DNA of 63,998 nt, filler included, from Lenisia limosa (lineage: Eukaryota > Protista > Breviatea): assembly GCA_001655205.1 (NCBI GenBank). It is 13 parts of 13 records of this genome, joined end to end, with 100 filler letters (N's around TTAATTAATTAA, not from the genome) between each part and the next. Parts side by side here need not be neighbours in the genome. Positions count along the whole stretch, not along the records: positions 48,691 to 51,282 come from LPNZ01010799.1; positions 51,383 to 53,072 come from LPNZ01009254.1; positions 53,173 to 55,338 come from LPNZ01002785.1; positions 55,439 to 58,290 come from LPNZ01005894.1; positions 58,391 to 62,466 come from LPNZ01003293.1; 8 more parts are not named here. One strand, given 5' to 3'. The translations under genes and the position numbers were made by a program. Below the pieces are notes generated by a model, which saw nothing but the letters and a program-made list of their open reading frames with translations, made no database searches and had not been told where the DNA came from. Shown in pieces: positions 50,972 through 59,789 of this stretch. Numbering within the stretch: position 1 is the first letter of the stretch; each line of letters opens with the position of its first letter.

Positions 50972-51282
50972 GTAATATATGATTAAAGTGGTGTAAAAAG
51001 TGTAATGGAGTTTTATTTTTACATTCAATCAAATCTCAAAAAACAATCCGCATTACTGCACAACCCCCATCTTGACACATACTATCAATCCACATTCCTC
51101 CTCATGTAACATCCCCAGCTTGCCACAATACCAGCACTGGCCGCCTTGCCGGAAAAAAAAAGTAAAAAATAACTGGTTCTCCCACCTAGAAACGAGAATC
51201 TTCCTTCGAGTGGTACTGATAAATTCCGCCATTTTCGCTCGAGACGCGGGGTCATCGTGATAAGCACTAAATCGTAACTAAT

Positions 51283-51382
51283 NNNNNNNNNNNNNNNNNN
51301 NNNNNNNNNNNNNNNNNNNNNNNNNNTTAATTAATTAANNNNNNNNNNNNNNNNNNNNNNNNNNNNNNNNNNNNNNNNNNNN
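51283..51382. other. Artificial scaffold-joining linker
   Basis: 44 N + TTAATTAATTAA (51327-51338) + 44 N. Confidence 0.97.
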
Positions 51383-52910
51383 TCCTTGGTGTGGTGGATG
51401 ATAGTGAGTTGCCGGGTTAGCTCAGACGAGTCCAGGTAGTAGCGGTCTTCAGAGAGCCGCGTTCTGTACGGTTACAAATGGTGCTAAGTGAACGACTCAG
51501 CCACCAATCAGAACACTGTATTTGTCAATAGTTTAACTTCTTCTTTGAAGAGTGACCCCTTCAAATGTACATCATATATGATATAGTATACCACCCTCTC
51601 TGTTTATTTCCTTTAATATACATATGATATGTAATATTTTTCGCAACATACCCATCGCTCATAGTAACAGGGGCAGCATGCGACCTCAATGAGGTGTAGT
51701 AAGCCATTGCAAGTGCTCGGTCTGGATGCGTTAAACACACGAACTGTTTCAGCTTGTCCTTGATAAATTTCGATCAATACTATCATTCTTCAGCAGGATA
51801 GCCCCAATACCTTCAGTCAGGTCTGTTTGGACAAGGGATGCGGTAGCGGTCTGGCCTGGAACAAGCAGAGACGTCAACTCAGCCCGGAGAGTAGGCCACC
51901 ACATGGAGGTCCGCGAGAAGACCGGGTAGTTCGAGTGCTCCCTGGGGGTGAGGCAAGTTGGGCTTATAGGAATTTAGGAGAGTGCCAATATCCGAGTGCT
52001 GATATGTTTAACTTTCACAAAACGGAAGAACTCAATAACCCAGCCAACTTTATGACGTAAATGCTGAAGGCTACTTTCGGGGCAAATGCTGGTAGGAAAG
52101 TAGAGGACGGTGGTGCAAGAAGTTGGCGCAATGTACGGGAGACAAGGCCGCCTGAACTGTCATTTCTTCATTTGCCAAGTGAACGGCTCAACATAACTTA
52201 ATCACCCTCCCCCNNNNNNNNNNNNNNNNNNNNNNNNNNNNNNNNNNNNNNNNNNNNNNNNNNNNNNNNNNNNNNNNNNNNNNNAAAAAAGTCACCCCCC
52301 CCCCTTCTTTTTTTGTAATCCCGTTATCCCTCCCTCCACCAACCAAGTTGGGCGGTAAACACGTCCACCGCGTGGTCGGCATCGTCGCCTGTTGTCATAA
52401 CGAGGGGGAAGGAACATGAGTGCAGCGGGAAGGAAACATGGGAGGGAATGTAAAATATCATTAGCTATATATATATACGGGTGTTCTTTTTCTTTTCGAT
52501 ATTATGAGTAAATATGCAAAAATAGAGATCATATTTCCATTCTGGTAAACAACTGGAATACCAACCTTCGTCCTCACCACCCTGGATCAGCGTTGATGAA
52601 CCCGAGACTTTAGCCGACTGGGGGTGGGGAGTAAACGAAGGCAATTTCGATGAAGAATATTGGAATGGGGGTAATGGAAAACTAATAAAATGTGAAGTAA
52701 CATCTGTATATCATATAGCTAATACACGAGAGGGGAGACTGCTCAAAATTAACCACAAAATAATAATTTCTCACAAGTAGCAACTTGAAAAAGGACACAA
52801 ATATTATCAGCTCACTATGCTTAAACGCTTACCCATAGCCCCCGTAACGGTCTTTACACACCCTACCGGCAACTTGCCGAGGTTCTTGAGACGGCCGCGG
52901 AGGTCCTTAC
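51383..52910 (-). CDS. Multi-exon internal gene fragment; last exon weakly resembles the start of a RasGEF catalytic domain
   Basis: Exons DLRGRLKNLGKLPVG, GDDADHAVDVFTAQL, EHSNYPVFSRTSMWWPTLRAEL, FVCLTHPDRALAMAYY, RYYLDSSELTRQLTIIHHTK (cf. ELARQLTL). The function call is weak. Confidence 0.45.
52618..52663 (-). mobile_element. Family C 3' end forming a splice acceptor
   Basis: Minus strand: CCAATATTCTTCATCGAAATTGCCTTCGTTTACTCCCCACCCCCAG|exon. Confidence 0.7.
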
Positions 52911-53072
52911 AGAAGTTTGACTTTGAATTAGTGTGGCAGAACCGGTCCCAGTACACATTGAGAACTGTAAAGCAAAATTAGAAATACTAGTAACCCTTCC
53001 CAGCTACAACGGCTCCTTCTCAATATCAAACATTATCCCCCCACCCGCAACATCCGCACTATTAAGATCGGC

Positions 53073-53172
53073 NNNNNNNNNNNNNNNNNNNNNNNNNNNN
53101 NNNNNNNNNNNNNNNNTTAATTAATTAANNNNNNNNNNNNNNNNNNNNNNNNNNNNNNNNNNNNNNNNNNNN
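53073..53172. other. Artificial scaffold-joining linker
   Basis: 44 N + TTAATTAATTAA (53117-53128) + 44 N. Confidence 0.97.
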
Positions 53173-54533
53173 GCCTCGGCGAGCTGTAGGGGGGGGGGTG
53201 ATGTGATACAGTGTTTTTGATTGATTGGGAGGTGGTGATATAGTATTTTTGATTGATTGGGAGGTGGTGAGATACTGTTTTTGATTGATTGGGAGGTGGT
53301 GATATACTGTTTTTGATTGATTGGGAGGTGGTGATATAGTGTTTTTGATTGATTGGGAGGTGGTGATATACTGTTTTTGATTGATTGGGAGGAGGTGGTG
53401 GTGAAATTTGAAAATTTATGAGAAAGAAAAAAAAAGAGAGAGAGCCCAAAATCAACTCTGCTGATTAGGGGAGGGGGGAAATACTGTATTGGGAGAGAGT
53501 GTAAAATACTGTTTTTGAATTACTAGACAAAAGAGAGAAAAAAAACCCTGAGAAAACACACAGTATCAGTTAGGAACCAGTGAGAGGGTGGGTTCCAAAA
53601 AGCGGTCCTTTAATCAGGCACTTTCCCCTTTTCCCAAAGCTTGCCCTATTAAAACCTGGACGTACTAATACTATATATGATAAGTATAAATCCCCCGCCC
53701 CCCACCTATATGACACTACATGTTGTATATTATAATATAATACAAAGTATAACCCTCCCACCTCCTGCTGGTACTCTCCTATAGCCTCGTCAGCCTCAGT
53801 CTTGTACTGCTCAAGCCCTTCAATTTCCATTCGAGAGGTTTCCAGCTGTTCTTCCAGGTCTGAGGGGAAGAGGGTAAGGAGAAGGACATTTATGAAACAA
53901 CAACAAAAATAGCCCAAAATCTGAGTGTGTGTGTGGGAACAATGTTACGAGGGGGGGGGGTGGTTAGAAAGTCTATGAAACGAAAAAAAATATGCCCAAA
54001 TCGATTCTGTTGGCTAACAAAGGGGGTGAAAATGGATGTAAAAAGAGGGGGATCCGAGGTTTCGAGTTGTTCTTAAGGGTCTGAGGGGAAGAGGGTAAAA
54101 CGAAGGACAGTTTGATGAANNNNNNNNNNNNNNNNNNNNNNNNNNNNNNNNNNNNNNNNNNNNNNNNNNNNNNNNNNNNNTGGCGTAAAGGTACTAATCA
54201 AGAAACCGAATAATCTGAAACTTCAAACAATATAAAAAAAACTCTTAATAAAAAAAACAAAAAAAAAAACAACAAATCTATTAAAAATGGAAAATTTTAA
54301 ACAAAAAAGCCCAAGCAAAACAAACAAAGCCAAGGCCAGTCGCTTCTGCAGCACCGCATCCCATTATTCCAGCTACGGGGACAGCAATGGTGATTTCCCC
54401 GAAATCCCTGTCAAATACAGTATAGTATGGTACCAATGACATCATAAGACTCCCCCCGAATCTGCTCACCATTTATAGAACTGTGCAAACGAGCCGTTTC
54501 TTCAGTAGTTCCCGCAACACTTTCCTCAGCCTT
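53173..54533 (-). CDS. Coiled-coil protein, internal fragment
   Basis: KAEESVAGTTEETARLHSSIN|DLEEQLETSRMEIEGLEQYKTEADEAIGEYQQE|LAE, in-phase GT-AG junctions. Confidence 0.6.
53211..53400 (+). repeat. 32-bp intronic minisatellite, about 6 copies
   Basis: Unit (G/C)TGTTTTTGATTGATTGGGAGGTGGTGATATA repeated head-to-tail with no spacers. Confidence 0.92.
54030..54082 (-). pseudogene. Diverged duplicate of the 53859 exon start, with an in-frame TAA
   Basis: CCCTCTTCCCCTCAG|ACCCTTAAGAACAACTCGAAACCTC versus the true CCCTCTTCCCCTCAG|ACCTGGAAGAACAGCTGGAAACCTC. Confidence 0.65.
54290..54375 (-). mobile_element. Repeat family B (5' and tail portions)
   Basis: Minus strand: GCTGGAATAATGGGATGCGGTGCTGCAGAAGCGACTGGCCTTGGCTTTGTTTG...TTTAAAATTTTCC. 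Confidence 0.75.
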
Positions 54534-55338
54534 CTACAACCGTGGTGAAAGGAGGGCAAAAGAGTCATAATATGTGATATACTATTTGATATTATTTTAC
54601 ATTATTTGATATTATTTTACATTTTTTGATATTATTTTACATTTTTATACTGCACTCCCCCTGTTTCCTAGATTTCTAATGTATACTATTTCCAATGTCC
54701 CTCCTGCAAAAAAATCAAACAACAGAAAACACCCCACCCAAAAAAAAAGAAAAAAAAAGAAAAAAAAAGAAAAAAAAAACATNNNNNNNNNNNNNNNNNN
54801 NNNNNNNNNNNNNNNNNNNNNNNNNNNNNNNNNNNNNNNNNNNNNNNNNNNNNNNNNNNNNNNNNNNNNNNNNNNNNNNNNNNNNNNNNNNNNNNNNNNN
54901 NNNNNNNNNNNNNNNNNNNNNNNNNNNNNNNNNNNNNNNTGATGGATTATTGTGTACATACATGTAGAATGATATGATATCTAATGAGTTAAAAAAATAA
55001 TATATGATCATATACAGTATATAGATCATATCACACCGTCCAGAAATATTCGAACTTTTGGATATGTCTGAAAAATGTTTAAATTCTTGTTTTCATGATT
55101 TTCCTATACATCTGACACTATTTGCATTGCTCTGAGTGCTATATAATTATGTATATCATCATACCATATCATATGATATAGTATATATCGATATGTCTAT
55201 TATATAGCTATTTCATGGGGGGGGCAGTTAAGAGGCTAATGTGTATCTAATCCCTAAAAAGCCTCCCATTGTTTATTCCCTGTTTTTTTTTAAATAATCT
55301 AATTGTTACTCATTTATATATCATACATATCACATCAT

Positions 55339-55438
55339 NNNNNNNNNNNNNNNNNNNNNNNNNNNNNNNNNNNNNNNNNNNNTTAATTAATTAANNNNNN
55401 NNNNNNNNNNNNNNNNNNNNNNNNNNNNNNNNNNNNNN
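55339..55438. other. Artificial scaffold-joining linker
   Basis: 44 N + TTAATTAATTAA (55383-55394) + 44 N. Confidence 0.97.
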
Positions 55439-57870
55439 CCGACATGGGGCAAGGACATCAAGCTAATTTCGGGGGCATACAACAGCTTCTGTGCTGTTAA
55501 CTTTGGTTGGTAGTTCTGAGAGCTTTGTTCGAGTGTTACATGGAAACTATCTATGACACTAGTCTTTAGCAATAGTGGCACACTTCTACATTATTCATAA
55601 TAATGCATAATAGTATAGTATTATAATATATCATATATATATATATATATACACTGTATATATGGTCCTAATGTGTATTTGTTTCCGTTGTCTTGTATTC
55701 AATACATATTGTTTTAAAAAAACAAATCAAAACTATGATCTATAACTGCAGAAGCGACTGGCCTGAGCTTTGTTTGTTTCGTTGTTATCAACCCTCGTTT
55801 GTTGTCAGATAACAGAGTTGCTTTTGGGATTTTTTTTTTGTTTTATAAATTTTCCAATTTTACTCCCCCCCCCCCNNNNNNNNNNNNNNNNNNNNNNNNN
55901 NNNNNNNNNNNNNNNNNNAGGTAACCAGATCAAATGCATAGGCTTCAATGGCCAAGGCCAAATTCCTGACATGTCTATTGGGGTACATGCCAACACTATT
56001 CAGACGTATTCCGGACTGATCACCCAAACAATTACATCAATTCAATCCGGCCTCCACCATTACGCTATCCAAAGTGGGAGCTTGTTATTCGGATTTGTAG
56101 CTGACCTATTTTGTTCTTCGGATTTGTTGCTGTGATCTATTTTGTTCTTCGGATTTGTTACTGAGACCTATTGTGTTCTTTCGGATTTGTTGCTGTGACC
56201 TATTTTGTTCTTCGGATTTGTTGCTGTGACCGTTGCTGTGACCTATTTTGTTCTTCGGATTTGTTGCTGTGAGCTATTGATGTTTTGGGTTTTGTTTCAG
56301 ACATTTCCATTATCACCCTCGCAGCAAGTGCCGGACATGTATACACTTGGGGCTATTCGTACTACTACCAAACTCTCCAGGGTTCCGCAACATCTTCTTC
56401 AACTATCGCTCTTGTGAGGGGGGGTAAGCGTTTTGATGAATAATATTGGCCAAGCTGGACTATTCACAAATCGTTGATAAAAGGACATGATATGGTGGCA
56501 GGAAAATCTCCAATATGAAACCCCAAATTGACTCCACATCCTTGCAATAAGTAGAAACACACGCATAACGTAAAAAGGAGAGCAAAGTGTCGTAAATTTC
56601 TTAGAGCTTTATTTGGTCCAAAAACACTGGCAAAGCTATTGACTGCTTCTCTAGATTCTATCTTTTTGGAACTCAAGAGCTCTGATTACATCTTTTAAGG
56701 AGAAGTACATATAGCGCTATGCATATCATATCATATGATAGTACATACATACATATGATATTACAGGATATATGATATATCATATCAGATATTCTATGTG
56801 GTTATTTTTTAGGTTAACTTTGGTGATGGTGAAGTGTCTACCGAACTATATGCTCATGTTTATCACACCGTTTCAAAAAGATGTAAAGGGGGAGTGTAGG
56901 TGGCAAGATGATGCACCAAATGAAATAGTGTGTAGTCTGTTTTATTTGGTGGGGGGGGGGGGGGGNNNNNNNNNNNNNNNNNNNNNNNNNNNNNNNNNNN
57001 NNNNNNNNNNNNNNNNNNNNNNNNNNNNNNNNNNNNNNNNNNNNNNNNNNNNNNNNNNNNNNNNNNNNNNNNNNNNNNNNNNNNNNNNNNNNNNNNNNNN
57101 NNNNNNNNNNNNNNNCGGCTATGTAGGGGGGGGGGGGTTCGATTTAGAAAATTGTCAAACAAGTTTCCAAACGGTTCCACTCATGCCACTCATAGTTTAG
57201 TCGGGAACAGTGGAAAAAGTCATTCCGCATCACTATGGATCTGTGATTATTACTGGTGAGCTCCTCGCCTTATATTTTTGAAGTGTCACTCGTCAAGCCC
57301 TCTTTTCCATATATTACACAGTATATGGTAAAGGCTGTAGCCATTGCTCAAGCGATGCATTTAATTTCCATCGGCAATGCATATGAGACGCCGAATGCCA
57401 AACGTCCTATCACCCCTCAGACCAACACGAAGCATTTGGTCGTGGTAGCAGCGCCAAAGCTATTAACAATTGCGCCGACGTCACCCTCGACATCAATGAC
57501 GACTACATCCCGGTACGTACTTGTTCTGATTCTTAGTAGCTGTTAACGTTGGAAGGGAAATGATTGGGTGAAATATTATTATCTATAATCCAACATCTCC
57601 TATACCCGTGATGGTGTGAAATCTTATATTAAAAACAATAATTGTTCATTATGTCTTATTGAGCCTGACATCTACATTTATTTCTCATTCATGTGATTCA
57701 CCTCGGTCTGAGAAAAGAATGATATTCTCGATAAAAACTATCAATATATATTTTTTATCTTTTTCGGACCGCAGTGAAGCTCCCCTCATTCCCCGTTCAG
57801 GTCAACGGACCGATCCAAGGTTCTGTGAAGGAGGTCCATTGTGCCGCCCATTCCTGCGTCTATGTTACAC
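55439..57870 (+). CDS. RCC1/BLIP-II-like beta-propeller repeat protein, internal fragment
   Basis: TWGKDIKLISGAYNSFCAVNF; QIKCIGFNGQGQIPD...ITSIQSGLHHYAIQ; VEKVIPHHYGSVIITG; EAFGRGSS. These resemble RCC1-type CWGxNxxGQ and IxxIxxGxxH segments. Confidence 0.55.
55745..55875 (+). mobile_element. Repeat family B, near-full copy upstream of an acceptor
   Basis: CTGCAGAAGCGACTGGCCTGAGCTTTGTTTG...TTATCAACCCTCGTTTGTTGTCAGATAACAGAGTTGCTTTTGGG...ATAAATTTTCCAATTTTACTCCCCCCCCCC, then a gap, then AG. Confidence 0.8.
56082..56277 (+). repeat. ~31-bp intronic minisatellite, about 6 copies
   Basis: Unit TTGTTCTTCGGATTTGTTGCTGTGACCTATT with small indels; begins 8 nt after the GTGGGAG donor at 56074. Confidence 0.9.
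57693..57783. mobile_element. MITE family A
   Basis: GATTCACCTCGGTCTGAGAAAAGA...CTTTTTCGGACCGCAGTGAAGC. Confidence 0.7.
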
Positions 57871-58290
57871 GTAAATGGGCTTAGAAGCAGGAAAGGTCCT
57901 AGTTTTTATGTCTCCCATATTCGAACTCTTTTTTAGAACCCGCAACCCATTAACGAGTGTAGTTGCCGACCAACTCTACATTTGCAACTCAGACTCCATT
58001 ACGACAGACACGACTATTTCTCCGAGTTCAACCCCTGTTGGCTACTGACTTTTCATGAAGCAGCCAATAATAGTCAAAAAAAAATTAGAATACTTAATAA
58101 CAGCCTAATGATAACCTAAACTGCGTAATAACAGCGTGATAACAGCCTAATTTTGACTGCAGGTCTCAATCACAAGCTTCGTCAACACGGGGTGCCCGAC
58201 AGGCACAAGTCGAGTTGTCCTGCGAGGCCAGCACTATCACACCATTTTTGGCGGAAGTATGATGGGATAAATAAAAAATAAGGTTGTATC

Positions 58291-58390
58291 NNNNNNNNNN
58301 NNNNNNNNNNNNNNNNNNNNNNNNNNNNNNNNNNTTAATTAATTAANNNNNNNNNNNNNNNNNNNNNNNNNNNNNNNNNNNNNNNNNNNN
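58291..58390. other. Artificial scaffold-joining linker
   Basis: 44 N + TTAATTAATTAA (58335-58346) + 44 N. Confidence 0.97.
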
Positions 58391-58411
58391 AATGACAACT
58401 CATACTATCCC

Positions 58412-58535
58412 AAGCTGGAGTGATGTGGTGTGGTGCTGCAGAAGCGACTGGCCTTGGCTTTGTTTGTTTTGCTGTTCTCAACCCTCGTGTGTTGATAGCC
58501 AACAGAGTTGCTTTGGGTTTTTTTGTTTCATAATT
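58412..58535 (+). mobile_element. Repeat family B, full-length copy
   Basis: GCTGGAGTGATGTGGTGTGGTGCTGCAGAAGCGACTGGCCTTGGCTTTG...TTCTCAACCCTCGTGTGTTGATAGCCAACAGAGTTGCTTTGGG...TTCATAATTAC. Confidence 0.8.
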
Positions 58536-59456
58536 ACACCCACACCCCACTATATACTAATTTTTGCAGTGGTGACGTCCGAGGCTTGGGGGCGCTCTCT
58601 TCTGCCGACCTCATTACACTCGAGGCGTTTTTGGGTTGGTTTCATGGTGAAAAAAGAGACCAACAATAACAAATTACCATATTTCCGCACTCCTTGACCC
58701 CTCTCCCCAAGTTTTGTCTGTATTAGTGGGGCCCTTAGATCCTTATCTCTTTGAACAAAACCCTTGTTTCAGGTTTGACTATTTAGGTAAATAACTGAGC
58801 CAATAAAAGGCCCAATTGGACCGCTAAAGAAGACTTCGCGATGATACCCCCATAGTTATCCTAAGGTACCCTAAATTCCCCTCTTTTTGTGTAACAGCTG
58901 TTTCGTGTGTATATTATTCTGTGTGCTATTCAGATCTCAAATTTCTCTTGTTAAAATCTGGAGCTGACTTGGGGGTTAGGTTTTTATTACACATTGACTT
59001 GGGGTACAATCTTTCTCAGAAATTATCAGTAGAGTATTAACATCTATTAATAGACTTTTTTTTTTTGACTTAACGTCAATAGAATGTGTAATTCTGGGAA
59101 ACCTAGGTAAATAGGGCATGTGGGTAAATTGGATATCACAGCCTCAAGAAAAAGCATGTCATTTAGTGTACGGAATTCAAAGTTTGATTTTTCCGGTTTT
59201 ATATCCAAAATGTACTTTTCAAATTTCGATTTTTGAGAGAAAGATCTCGCATAGATGAGTTCCATTGGCTCATCATTTTTAGGTTATGTGATACGGATTT
59301 TGAAGATTTAAGTCCATAACTTTTAAAGTTCGACACCCCCCCCCCCCAGGNNNNNNNNNNNNNNNNNNNNNNNNNNNNNNNNNNNNNNNNNNNNNNNNNN
59401 NNNNNNNNNNNNNNNAAATAATCAATTTAAACAATAAACAATATTTCTCATTCCTG

Positions 59457-59537
59457 TTGGAGTTTCAGATTATTTGGTTCGTCGTGGTTAGTACTAATAT
59501 TTTTCATCGAAATTTCCTTCCTTTTATTTCCCCTCCT
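59457..59537 (+). mobile_element. Family C copy
   Basis: TTGGAGTTTCAGATTATTTGGTTCGTCGTGGTTAGTACTAATATTTTTCATCGAAATTTCCTTCC. Confidence 0.65.
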
Positions 59538-59789
59538 TTACAATCATTACTTATATACTATAACCATTGCATGAGTTGACAGTATCCCCCATAATCCCAG
59601 ACTAATGGATGATGAATGACATCTGCCCAGGGGTATAATTTTTGTCATATAATTCTGCACAGGCAGCCCAGAAATCTTCAACTCACCAAATACGAATGTA
59701 CGAATTGCAAAATAACATATGATCAAAAAAACGAAGAGTATAGAATGATTGGTTTTCTACTGCAGCTTTTCATGCTTCAGAAACTGGTG

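Noticed and set aside
53211-53400. 32-bp repeats as a CRISPR array (also 56082-56277)
   Set aside because: Units are head-to-tail with no unique spacers, they lie in eukaryotic introns, and there are no cas genes.
59050-59350. Non-coding block with transposon-like look (CCATAACTTTTTAAAGTT)
   Set aside because: Single copy in the window, with no partner TIR and no transposase ORF; not supportable.
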